The notes beneath the pieces are model-generated. The model worked only from the letters and a program-made list of their open reading frames with translations. It was not told the DNA's origin and ran no database searches. The translations under genes and the position numbers were made by a program. Positions 30,384 through 40,035 of a stretch of DNA of 64,000 nt are shown in pieces. Within the stretch, counting starts at the first letter, position 1, and each line of letters starts with the position of its first letter. The DNA is from Vicinamibacteria bacterium (lineage in GTDB: Bacteria > Acidobacteriota > Vicinamibacteria > Marinacidobacterales > Marinacidobacteraceae): assembly GCA_963668695.2 (NCBI GenBank), contig CAXXLQ010000004.1, positions 384,001 to 448,000 on the forward strand. Direction: 5' to 3'.

Positions 30384-32324
30384 ATGACCCGACTCGCCGT
30401 CCTTTTGTTCCTCGCCGCCTTCGCGGCCGAATCCTCCGCCCAGGAGGCTCCCGGCGCCGCCGCCCGCGTCGAATGGCCGAGTTGGGGTGGCGACCCGGGG
30501 TCGATGCACTACTCCCCGCTCGCCCAGGTGAATCGGGAGAACGTGGCCAACCTGAAGTTCGCCTGGGAGTGGGATACCGGCGAGGGTCCGCTCAGCGGGC
30601 CCCGGCTGCCCGTCCCCGACAACCCCGTGCGCCCGGGCAGTTTCGAGAACACCCCGGTCGTCCGTGACGGGGTCATGTACGTCAGCACCGCCTATAACAA
30701 AGTCGTCGCCCTGAACCCGGACACCGGCGAAGTCGAGTGGACCTACGACCCCCGGATCACCGAGTGGGGGCAGGTCCCGAACGGCACCGGATTCGTCCAC
30801 CGGGGGGTCGCGCTCTGGGAGGACGGTGACGGCAAGCGGCGGGTCTTCCTGAACAGCCGCTGGCGGCTCATCTCCATCGATACCGTCACCGGGGAACCCG
30901 ATCCCTCGTTCGGGGACGGCGGCGAGATCGACCTCACGGCGCAACTCCTGTGGCCCATCAACCGCCTCCACTACACCCAGACCTCGCCTCCGGTCGTCTT
31001 CGAGGACCTGGTGATCCTCGGGAACGGCGTCTGGGACCGCTTCGTCTACGAACGCGATCCGCCGGGCAACGTGCAGGCGTTCAGCACCCGTACCGGCGAG
31101 CTGGTCTGGTCCTTCAACCTGATCCCGCAGCCCGGCGAGTTCGGAAACGACACCTGGGAGGACGGATCCTGGGACCGGGTGGGGCACACGAACGTCTGGG
31201 CGCCCATGTCGCTCGACGCCGAACGGGGTCTGATCTACCTGCCGGTAGGGACGCCGAGCAACGACTACTACGGGGGGATGCGCCTCGGTGACAACCTCTA
31301 CGCCGAGGCCATCGTCTGTCTCGACGCCTCGACCGGCGAGCGGGTCTGGCACTTCCAGACCGTGCGCCACGGTCTGTGGGACTACGACCTGCCGGCAGCG
31401 CCCACCCTGCTCACCATCAACGTGGACGGCCGGGAGATCGACGCGGTCGCGGCCCCGGCGAAGACCGGGTTCGTCTATGTCTTCGACCGGGTGACCGGCG
31501 AACCGGTCTGGCCCATCGAGGACCGCGCGGTCCCGGCAAGCGATGTCCCCGGCGAGCGGACGGCCGCGACCCAGCCCTTCCCCACCCGCCCGGCACCCTT
31601 CGCGAAACAGGGTTTCACCGAGGAGGACGTGATCGCGTTCACCCCGGAGCTCCGGGAGGAGGCGCTCGAAATCGTCCGTAAGTACCGGATGGGGGGCCTC
31701 TACAACCCGCCCTCGATCGAAGGGACGATCGCCAGTCCCGGCATCCTCGGCGGTGCGAACTGGGGCGGAGCGGCGGCCGATCCCGAAACCGGAGTGATCT
31801 ACATCAAGGCCAACGAGTTCCCCGCGCTGCTCGCCATCACCGAAGCCAACCCCGACCAGACCGAAGGCCGCTACGGGCTGGACCGGGCCCGCCGGTCGCT
31901 GAACCTCCCGAACGGGCTGCCGATCAACAAGCCGCCGTACGGCACGATCACCGCGATCGATCTGAACACCGGGGAGCACCTCTTCCAGGTCCCCGCGGGC
32001 AACAACCCGCTCGTCCGCGATCACCAGGCGCTCGCGGGCGTGGAAATCGGGGACGAGCGGCTCGGGGTCGTGGGCGCCCCGGGACCCATGGTCACCGGAG
32101 GCGGGCTCGTCTTCTTCACGGGAGGCGCCGACCACCTCTTCGCCATCGACAAGACCACCGGTGAAGAGCTGTGGGCCCACCCGCTCGGAGCCAGTTCCTA
32201 CGCGAACCCCATGACCTACGAATCCCCCGAGGGAGTCCAGTTCGTGGTGGTCGCCGTGGGACGCGGCACCGGCAACAAACTGGTCGCGTTCTCGCTCGGC
32301 GAGCCGGCCGCCGCCGGTAACTGA
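30384..32324 (+). CDS. PQQ-dependent dehydrogenase (glucose/quinate dehydrogenase-like)
   Basis: Signal peptide, YSPLAQVNRENV, repeated TGE..W docking motifs, WHFQTVRHGLWDYD, GGANWGG. Confidence 0.9.
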   Translation: MTRLAVLLFLAAFAAESSAQEAPGAAARVEWPSWGGDPGSMHYSPLAQVNRENVANLKFAWEWDTGEGPLSGPRLPVPDNPVRPGSFENTPVVRDGVMYVSTAYNKVVALNPDTGEVEWTYDPRITEWGQVPNGTGFVHRGVALWEDGDGKRRVFLNSRWRLISIDTVTGEPDPSFGDGGEIDLTAQLLWPINRLHYTQTSPPVVFEDLVILGNGVWDRFVYERDPPGNVQAFSTRTGELVWSFNLIPQPGEFGNDTWEDGSWDRVGHTNVWAPMSLDAERGLIYLPVGTPSNDYYGGMRLGDNLYAEAIVCLDASTGERVWHFQTVRHGLWDYDLPAAPTLLTINVDGREIDAVAAPAKTGFVYVFDRVTGEPVWPIEDRAVPASDVPGERTAATQPFPTRPAPFAKQGFTEEDVIAFTPELREEALEIVRKYRMGGLYNPPSIEGTIASPGILGGANWGGAAADPETGVIYIKANEFPALLAITEANPDQTEGRYGLDRARRSLNLPNGLPINKPPYGTITAIDLNTGEHLFQVPAGNNPLVRDHQALAGVEIGDERLGVVGAPGPMVTGGGLVFFTGGADHLFAIDKTTGEELWAHPLGASSYANPMTYESPEGVQFVVVAVGRGTGNKLVAFSLGEPAAAGN

Positions 32325-32381
32325 GCGGACGGTATCCTTCCGGGTTGCGCCCACCCAGGAGATTTCCCCAGGAGATTCCAC

Positions 32382-32906
32382 ATGCCGCTTCCCCCTCTCT
32401 ATGACCCCGACGCCGTTCGCCCCATGTGGGAGGAACTCTCCGACTGCCGGGTGACGCCGCTCCATCATGCCGAAGACGTGGACGAGATGCTGGCGAAGCC
32501 CGGAACCGCCCTCGTGGTGGTCAACTCGGTCTGCGGCTGCGCCGCCGGCTCCGCACGGCCCGGCGTCACCATGGCGCTCCAGCACACCCGGATCCCGGAC
32601 CAGATGGGGACGGTCTTCGCCGGGGTGGACCGCGATGCGACCGACCGCGCCCGCGGCTACATGACCGACGTCCCGCCGTCGTCCCCGGCCATCGCGCTCT
32701 TCAAGGACGGCCAGTTGATCCACATGCTCGAACGGCGGCACATCGAACGGATGGCTCCGGACATGGTCGCGGCCAACCTGACTGCCGCGTTCGAGGCGCA
32801 CTGCGAGACCGAGGGACCCTCGGTGCCGCGGGAGGTCTGGGAACGCTCCGCGCGCGAGCGGATGTGCGGCTCGAACGTCCCGATCTTCAACCCCACGTTC
32901 CGGTAG
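32382..32906 (+). CDS. BrxA/BrxB (YphP/YqiW) bacilliredoxin family protein
   Basis: NSVCGCAAGSARPG, TVFAGVD and PPSSPAIALFKDG. Confidence 0.9.
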   Translation: MPLPPLYDPDAVRPMWEELSDCRVTPLHHAEDVDEMLAKPGTALVVVNSVCGCAAGSARPGVTMALQHTRIPDQMGTVFAGVDRDATDRARGYMTDVPPSSPAIALFKDGQLIHMLERRHIERMAPDMVAANLTAAFEAHCETEGPSVPREVWERSARERMCGSNVPIFNPTFR

Positions 32907-32967
32907 GGCTGGCCGGTAGCCGCCCCACCGGCCCGGTCGTAAGCCCGTTTCGAGCTTTTCTTCGAAT

Positions 32968-33615
32968 TTGTCGGGAAACGCGGGATCCGGGCTCCCGGAT
33001 TCGGCGCTGTTCCTGACCGTCGAGGGGGTTGATGGCGCCGGGAAGTCCACGTTGGCCCAGCGTCTCGGCACGCGGCTGCGCCGCGAAGGGCGCCGGGTCA
33101 CGCTGACCCGCGAACCGGGCGGCACCGCCGCCGGGAAAGTCATCCGGCAACTGCTGCTGCACACCGGCGGACCGCTCGCCCCCGAAACCGAACTCGCGCT
33201 CTTTTTCGCGGCCCGGGCGCAGAACATCGCCGAGGTGATCCGCCCGGCGCTCCTCCGGGGCGAGGTGGTGATCTCCGATCGCTTCACCGATTCGACGATC
33301 GCTTACCAGGGCGGGGGCCGGGGTCTGCCGGTGGAACAGATCCTGGCGGTGGACCAGGCGGTCACCGGAGGCTTCCGCCCGCACCTCACGCTGGTGCTGG
33401 ATCTGCCGGTCGCCGCCGGTTTCGCGCGCCTCAAGGGAACCGACCGGATCGAGCAGGAGGCCGAGCGGTTCCACCACCACGTCCGCGAGAGTTTCCTCCG
33501 GATCGCGCGCGAGGAACCGGAGCGGGTCGTCGTGATCCGGGGGTATCAGAGCCCCGACGAAGTGTTCGAGGCGGCCTGGGCAACGGTCGCCGCCCGATCG
33601 GAAAGGAAGGGCTGA
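32968..33615 (+). CDS. tmk: Thymidylate kinase
   Basis: EGVDGAGKST, TREPGG and SDRFTDSTIAYQG. Confidence 0.95.
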   Translation: MSGNAGSGLPDSALFLTVEGVDGAGKSTLAQRLGTRLRREGRRVTLTREPGGTAAGKVIRQLLLHTGGPLAPETELALFFAARAQNIAEVIRPALLRGEVVISDRFTDSTIAYQGGGRGLPVEQILAVDQAVTGGFRPHLTLVLDLPVAAGFARLKGTDRIEQEAERFHHHVRESFLRIAREEPERVVVIRGYQSPDEVFEAAWATVAARSERKG

Positions 33616-33619
33616 CGCG

Positions 33620-34720
33620 GTGTCCGGGTTTCCGATCCCCGCGCCGTTCCCGCGGTTGGCCGGGCTTGCCGCGAGCGGCCGGCTGCCGCAAAGCCTCCTG
33701 CTGAGCGGGCCTTCCGGCGCCCCCACGGTGGAGGCGGCGATCGCGCTCTCGGCCATCGTGAACAGTTCCGACCGGGACCCGGAGTCCGAGGCCACCCGCG
33801 TGCTCCACCAACGCATCGTGGGGACGGACTCGGCGTTCCGCACGGGCGGAGAGGCCGGCCGCGGGACCGGTCCGGCGGGCGGGCCCTACCCGGATGTTCG
33901 GATCCTGAGGCCCGAGAGCGGCAAGCCGATCCGGGTGGACGAGGTCCGCCAGGCGATCGCCGCGGTGCGAACCCATCCCTTCGAAGGGCGGCGGCGCGTC
34001 CTGGTGATCGAGGCCGCGGACACCATGAACCCCCCGGCCGCCAACGCGCTCCTCAAGACGCTCGAAGAGCCGCATCCGTGGCTCGGGCTGATTCTTTGCG
34101 CCACCCGGGAGGCGGCGCTCCTCCCCACGATCGTCTCCCGCTGCCAGCGCTGGCGCTTCGCGGCGCCCACCACGCCGGCGGTCGCCGCGCGGCTGCAGGA
34201 GGCGCACGACTACCCGCCGGAAGAAGCGGTGGTCGCCGCGGCCGCCGCCCGCGGCGACCTCGCGCGGGCGCTCGCGCTGCCGCGCGACCGGCTGTTGCCG
34301 CTCGCCGAGGAGGCCGAACGGATGGCCGTGATCGTCGGCCGGGGCATCGCGCCGCCGGCGCGGACGGCGCTGACCGAACGACTCATGAAGGCCTCTCCCC
34401 GCAGCCGGAAGGCGGGCCACATCGATGAACTGCAGACCGTTCTGGTGCTGCTCCGCGCCACCCTTCGCGATCTGGCGGCTCTTTGTTCCGAGAGCGCGGC
34501 GGTCTCCGGCGATGCCGGACACCTGCGGAAGATCGCCGAACTCGCGCCCGGGAGCGCTTTCGCGGAGGCGCTGCTCCTCGTCGAGGAGACCGACCGCAAC
34601 ATGTACCGCTCCTACGGCAACAAGCGGATGCAGCTCGACGCACTCCTGCTCGCCTTCAACGAGATCGCCCGGCCGTTGGTGGTTGCGCGGCTGCGCGCCC
34701 AGCGGGCTTCGCGGGGCTAG
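33620..34720 (+). CDS. holB: DNA polymerase III delta' subunit
   Basis: Follows tmk; AANALLKTLEEP and LLPTIVSRCQ. Confidence 0.85.
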   Translation: MSGFPIPAPFPRLAGLAASGRLPQSLLLSGPSGAPTVEAAIALSAIVNSSDRDPESEATRVLHQRIVGTDSAFRTGGEAGRGTGPAGGPYPDVRILRPESGKPIRVDEVRQAIAAVRTHPFEGRRRVLVIEAADTMNPPAANALLKTLEEPHPWLGLILCATREAALLPTIVSRCQRWRFAAPTTPAVAARLQEAHDYPPEEAVVAAAAARGDLARALALPRDRLLPLAEEAERMAVIVGRGIAPPARTALTERLMKASPRSRKAGHIDELQTVLVLLRATLRDLAALCSESAAVSGDAGHLRKIAELAPGSAFAEALLLVEETDRNMYRSYGNKRMQLDALLLAFNEIARPLVVARLRAQRASRG

Positions 34721-34935
34721 CAGCCTGTGGTGAAACCCAGGCGGCCCAGTTCTCCCGGTGGGGGCTCGCCCGGCGATCCATCCCGGCTGAACCACTCCGC
34801 TTCGCTCCGTTCTGCGTTGCGTTTCGGTCGAAATACACCAGGTATTCCTCCCTCACGCGCCTTGTCAGCCGGGCCCCCACCGGGAGAACTGGGCCTCACC
34901 GGGCTCGGCGCTCACCCGGGTTCCACCACAGGCTG
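34721..34935 (-). mobile_element. MITE with two 20-nt inserts, at the holB stop codon
   Basis: Same TIRs as the other copies; flanks CTAG (contains the holB TAG) and CTAA. Confidence 0.88.
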
Positions 34936-35115
34936 CTAAGGCACCGCCGACAACCCGGACGGCGCGCGACAGCGGAGCGCCAGCCTCTGAGCTTGCCCCG
35001 GTTGATCGGACCAGTAGGAATGGCCGAAACGCCGGTGACATGATCCGCAACCCCAAGAAACTGCGGTCGTAATCCCCGCAGACACAAGCGCCTCACCCGC
35101 CAGGAGACCCGCCCC

Positions 35116-35673
35116 ATGATGACCGTCCTCTCCCTCTGGCTGCCGATCCTCATCGCGGCCGTCCTCGTGTTCATCGCCAGTTCGGTGATCCACATGGTGC
35201 TGGGCTTCCACAAGAAGGACATGGGGGCGATTCCCGACGAGCGCCGGGTCGCCGACGCGCTGCGGCCGTTCCAGATCCCGCCCGGCGACTACGCGATGCC
35301 CCACGGCGCGGACGCGAAAGAAATGGCGTCCCCCGAATTCATCCAGAAGACCAAGGAGGGACCGGTGGCGATCCTGACCGTGCTTCCGAACGAACCCATG
35401 AATATGGGCAAAAGCCTCGGGATGTGGTTCGGCTATTCGCTGGTCGTCGGGGGCTTCGCCGCCTACGTGGCGGGGATGACCCTCGGAATCGGGGCGGCGT
35501 ACGGCGACGTGTTCCGGGTGGTCGCCGCGGTCAGCTTCGCCGGGTATTCGCTCGCCATCCTGCAGGCTTCCATCTGGTGGGGACGGAGCTGTGGTTACAC
35601 GCTGCGCACGATGGCGGACGGCTTGGTCTACGCGCTGCTCACCGGGGGCGTCTTCGGCTGGCTCTGGCCGTAG
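35116..35673 (+). CDS. Hypothetical membrane protein
   Basis: About four hydrophobic helices; RBS AGGAG. Confidence 0.75.
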   Translation: MMTVLSLWLPILIAAVLVFIASSVIHMVLGFHKKDMGAIPDERRVADALRPFQIPPGDYAMPHGADAKEMASPEFIQKTKEGPVAILTVLPNEPMNMGKSLGMWFGYSLVVGGFAAYVAGMTLGIGAAYGDVFRVVAAVSFAGYSLAILQASIWWGRSCGYTLRTMADGLVYALLTGGVFGWLWP

Positions 35674-35751
35674 GTACTCCTGTACCCCACCGCCGGCTTC
35701 CTCGGCTGGCGGTGGCCGTCGCCGACGCTTCGCTCATGATCCGCTGACCGG

Positions 35752-36789
35752 ATGAGGAAGCACGCTTACCGGGTCGTCACGACCCTGCTGACGGCGCTGG
35801 GTCTCGGGGCCCTGTTTTCCCTCCGTTTCGTTGGTCTCTACAGCCACCAGGCGCTCGCGCTCGTGCTGCTGCTCGGCTCCGTCTGGGCGATCGCGAGCCG
35901 AATCTGGTGGGCGCGGAAGGGGCGCCTTCATCCGGGGCTGCTGCGGGGACTTCGTGGATCCGAGAATCGGCCCTACTTCGTCCAGGCGGTGGGGCGGGCG
36001 AGCTTCTGGGCGGCGGCCGCCGTCGCGTGCATCGCGGTTTTCCCCCGGTCGGCGGAGTTGACCACCCTGCTCGCCGGGATGATCGTCGTCGGCCTGCTTC
36101 GGGTCGCGGCATCCTTCCTCGTCCCGCGCCGGACGAACGCCGGGGCCACCCTCGTCATGGCGGCCGGCGCCCTGGTCCTGGCATTCGATCTTGGTCGCGC
36201 CTTTGTCGGGGGACCGGCCGCCGCACTACAGATCGCTCCCCCGTTCGCGGGGGAGTGGCTCGTGTTGCAGGGTGGTAACAGTCCCCTGCAGAGCCACCAT
36301 CTCGCGGCCTACAACCAGCGGTTCGCCCTCGATCTCGTCCGGTTGGAAGACGGCCGGATTTTCACCGGCGATCCGGGCGATGCGAATGCGACGGTCCATA
36401 GCTGGGAGCAGCCGCTGGTGTCGCCCGCGGACGGTACGGTGGTCGTCGCCCGCGACGAGATGGAAGACGCAGGCGGCGCGAACTTCGTGACCGAGCTCGC
36501 CGACGCGGCGGGGAACGTCATCGTCATCGAACTCGACACCGGTTTCTTCGTCCTCCTTGCGCATCTCCGGCACGGGACGCTCCGGGTCAGCGAAGGCGAC
36601 CGGGTCCGGAAGGGAGATCCGCTGGCGCTCGCCGGAAACTCGGGGAACACGACGATGCCGCACCTTCATCTCCAGGTGCAGACCCACCCTGACCTTTGGG
36701 ACCCCGACAACCGCTCGGTGCCCTTCGGATTCGGGCCCGACGGCCGGGTCCTGGCGCGCAACGATCGCGTCGGCGCGCCAGTCCCCTAG
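35752..36789 (+). CDS. M23 family metallopeptidase with N-terminal TM helices
   Basis: ALD, AHL and GNSGNTTMPHLHLQ. Confidence 0.85.
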   Translation: MRKHAYRVVTTLLTALGLGALFSLRFVGLYSHQALALVLLLGSVWAIASRIWWARKGRLHPGLLRGLRGSENRPYFVQAVGRASFWAAAAVACIAVFPRSAELTTLLAGMIVVGLLRVAASFLVPRRTNAGATLVMAAGALVLAFDLGRAFVGGPAAALQIAPPFAGEWLVLQGGNSPLQSHHLAAYNQRFALDLVRLEDGRIFTGDPGDANATVHSWEQPLVSPADGTVVVARDEMEDAGGANFVTELADAAGNVIVIELDTGFFVLLAHLRHGTLRVSEGDRVRKGDPLALAGNSGNTTMPHLHLQVQTHPDLWDPDNRSVPFGFGPDGRVLARNDRVGAPVP

Positions 36790-38606
36790 CGCGGCGTTAC
36801 CGCCGCGCCCCGTCCCGACGACGATCCCGCCGGAATGATGGGCAGGATGACCTTCGAGGGATGCTCGGCATCGTGATAGATGCTGTTCTCCGCAACCACC
36901 ACCGGCATGTCCTCGTCCATCTCCCTGCCGGTGTTCCCGTTGGGATACCACTTCGGGAACGAGCTGCTCGACACCGTCAACCGGATGCGGTGGCCCGCCT
37001 TGAAGAGGTTCGAGATGGGATACATCTCGATGGCGAACTTGTAGACCTCGCCGGGGGTCATCAGGACCGGCGCCTCGTCGCCTTCCCGATAGCGCGCGCG
37101 CAGGATGTTCTGACGGAGCGTCAGCGAGTAGCCGTCCGGGAACACGTCGGTTAGCGTCACTGTCCAGTCGGTGTCGACCGCGCTGGACGAGGCATAGAGC
37201 TCCACGGTCGGCAGACCGGTGACTTCGGTGTCTTCTTCAAGCACGGGTGTCGTGAAGGTCAGGCTCCGGCGGTCGGCCGGCCGATTGTCTTGTGCCCCGT
37301 TGGGCTGGATGAACAGATCGCCGCCAATCGACGCCACCGGGTCGCGGGGGTCGTAGGTGTAGGTGTCGGCCGCCTCTTCTCCCGGCGGTTCGAGCGAGAG
37401 GGTGCCGTCGTTGAGCGAGTCGACCAAACCGGTCTTTTCGGCCCGGAAGAAGTAGTCCGTTCGCACCTCGCGGGCCAGCGGGTACTCGTGCTCGGCGCGC
37501 CAGGTGTTGGCGCCCATGATGAAGAGGCTCACCGCCGGCTCGTCCATGATGCCGTTGTCGATCCCCTTCAGGTGATAGTCGAACCACCTCAGGCGCAACC
37601 CGTTGTAGTCGATGGCCGCTTCGGGGCCGAAGTCGAGATCGCCGATCACCCGGGCGGTGATGAGACCGGCTCCGTGGAGCCAGGGCCCGGCGAACAGCTT
37701 CTGGCTGTCGCGGGCGCGCGGCCCGCCCTGGGCCTTGATGCCGTTGAAGTGCTTGACCTGCGAGTGCGGATAGCGGTCGTACCAGCTTGCGTAGTGGAGG
37801 ATCGGGACATCGATCTTGTCCCACTGCTCGTCGACCGCGTACTGCCGCCAGTAGTCGTTGTAGTACGGGTTGTCGATCATGTCCGTCATCATCGTCGTGA
37901 TCATGCTGTTGGCCATCGGCGAGCGGGTCTCGAGACGCCGCTCGTGCCACCTCCGCCAGGCGTCGTCACCGCCGACGTAGCCTGTCCGCCGTCCGGGTTC
38001 GTCGAGCGGCACCGGCTGGACCATCTCGTTCTGCGATAGCAGCCAGGTGGGCATGATCATGTGGAGCGCGCCGCCCGCCCAGTAGAGGTCCTTGTAGGCG
38101 TTCGACGCCGAGTGCGCGCAGAACATCGCGGACAGGTGCGGCGGCCGGGTCGGCGCCGTCAGGTACTGGTTGAAGCAGGTGAACGAGAGCCCCATGGTCC
38201 CGACCTTCCCGGTGGACCAGGGCTGGGTGCCCGCCCACTCGATCGTGTCGTAGCCGTCCTGGCGCTCGTGCCACGCCTCGTCGAGCAGCCAGTAGTAGAC
38301 GCCCTCCGAGTTGTAGCGGCCGCGCTCGTCCTGGACGATCGCCACGTAGCCGCGCTCGGCGAAGTAGGGCGCGAACCGGTGCTCGCAGCCGCCCTTGTTG
38401 TACGGCGTGCGCTCGAGGATGACGGGGAACGGGCCGTCGCCCTGATTGACCGGCATGTAGACGTCCGCGGCCAGCTTGGTGCCGTCCCGCATCGGGACCA
38501 TCACCTCTTCGCAGTTGTAGGGCTGGGCCACGGCGCTGCCGGCAGCAAGCAGGGCGAGCATGAATACGCCCAGCGCGATCGCGATCGGGCGGCTATTTGA
38601 AAGCAT
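36786..38606 (-). CDS. CocE/NonD family hydrolase
   Basis: PMRDGTKLAADVY, RTPYNK, QDERGRYNSEG, GLSF nucleophile elbow, GPWLH. Confidence 0.92.
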   Translation of the reverse strand: MLSNSRPIAIALGVFMLALLAAGSAVAQPYNCEEVMVPMRDGTKLAADVYMPVNQGDGPFPVILERTPYNKGGCEHRFAPYFAERGYVAIVQDERGRYNSEGVYYWLLDEAWHERQDGYDTIEWAGTQPWSTGKVGTMGLSFTCFNQYLTAPTRPPHLSAMFCAHSASNAYKDLYWAGGALHMIMPTWLLSQNEMVQPVPLDEPGRRTGYVGGDDAWRRWHERRLETRSPMANSMITTMMTDMIDNPYYNDYWRQYAVDEQWDKIDVPILHYASWYDRYPHSQVKHFNGIKAQGGPRARDSQKLFAGPWLHGAGLITARVIGDLDFGPEAAIDYNGLRLRWFDYHLKGIDNGIMDEPAVSLFIMGANTWRAEHEYPLAREVRTDYFFRAEKTGLVDSLNDGTLSLEPPGEEAADTYTYDPRDPVASIGGDLFIQPNGAQDNRPADRRSLTFTTPVLEEDTEVTGLPTVELYASSSAVDTDWTVTLTDVFPDGYSLTLRQNILRARYREGDEAPVLMTPGEVYKFAIEMYPISNLFKAGHRIRLTVSSSSFPKWYPNGNTGREMDEDMPVVVAENSIYHDAEHPSKVILPIIPAGSSSGRGAAVTPR

Positions 38607-38767
38607 GGGTCTCCTCCACTCAGTCGAGTCGGTTACTGATTTCGCAGCCTACGGGCAGCCTTCGAGCCTGTCAATCGGGGATGGCGCGGAACCGCCGATT
38701 TCGATCGCAGGTAGCGCCACCGCGAAGGGAACACCGATCTTCAGACAAGCATGGTGGCGCGGAGGCT

Positions 38768-38818
38768 GGGAACGCCGGTCTTCAGACCGGCATCGCCCGC
38801 GCAGCGGGCGAAACTCCC
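38768..38818. repeat. REP-like double hairpin (empty allele)
   Basis: GGGAACGCCGGTCTTCAGACCGGCATCGCCCGCGCAGCGGGCGAAACTCCC. Confidence 0.8.
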
Positions 38819-38915
38819 TCCGCCACTCACCCTCACGGGACGCAGGCACGCGAACGCCGACCTCCAGTCGGCACCGCCAGCCGGAGGCTGGCGGAACGCA
38901 TATCGCTCTTCATCC

Positions 38916-40035
38916 GACGCATGCTCAGGCCGACCGATCCCGGGATTGACGCATGCTCGGGTCAACCGGCTCCGGGATAGACGCATGCTCAGGCCGACCG
39001 ATCCCGGTATTGACGCATGCCCGGGTCAACCGGCTCCGGGATAGACGCATGCTCAGGCCGACCGATCCCGGAATTGACGCATGCTCGGGTCAACCGGATA
39101 GACGCCGGGATATCCCGAGCCGGCCGACCCGGGACGCATGCTCAGGCCGACCGATCCCGGAATTGACGCATGCTTGAGCCGGCCGACCCCGGAATAGACG
39201 CATGCCCGGGTCAACCGGCTCCGGGATAGACGCATGCTCAGGCCGACCGATCCCGGGATAGACGCATGCTTGGGCCAGCCGACCCCGGAATAGACGCATG
39301 CCCGGGTCAACCGGCTCCGGGATAGACGCATGCTCAGGCCGACCGATCCCGGGATAGACGCATAGAGCCGACCCCGGAATAGACGCATGCCCGGGTCAAC
39401 CGGCTCCGGGATAGACGCATGCTCAGGCCGACCGATCCCGGAAGACGCATGCTTGGGCCGCCGACCCCGAAATAGACGCATGCCCGGGTCAACCGGCTCC
39501 GGGATAGACGCATGCTAGGCCGACCGATCCCGCATAGACGCATGCTTGGTCAACCGACCGATAGACGCATGCCCGGACCGATCCCGGACGCATGCTTGGG
39601 CCGGCCGACCCCCACCGGCTCCGGAATAGACGCATGCCAGCCGGATCGCCGACGATCCGGAATAGACGCATGCCCGGGTCAACCGGCTCCGGAATAGACG
39701 CATGCCCGAAATAGACGCATGCCCGGATCGACCGACCCCGAAATAGACGCATGCCCGGGTCAACCGGCTCCGGAAATAGACGCATGCCTCGGGCTCGACC
39801 GACCCCGAAATAGACGCATGCCCGGGATCAACCGCTCCGAAATAGACGCATGCCCGGGTCAACCGACCCCGAAATAGACGCATGCCCGGCCGGCCGACCC
39901 CGGAATAGACGCATGCCCGGGTCAACCGGCTCCGAAATAGACGCACCAACCCCCGGAATGGAGCGCATCCGCCGGCCCCGCTCCGAAATAGACGCATGCA
40001 GCCGAGTTGCCCGGTCAACCGGCTCCGAAATAGAC
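38916..40035. repeat. Tandem array 1: about 35 units of 32 bp with core (ATA)GACGCATGC
   Basis: Three recurring 32-bp unit types, degenerating toward the 3' end. Confidence 0.92.
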
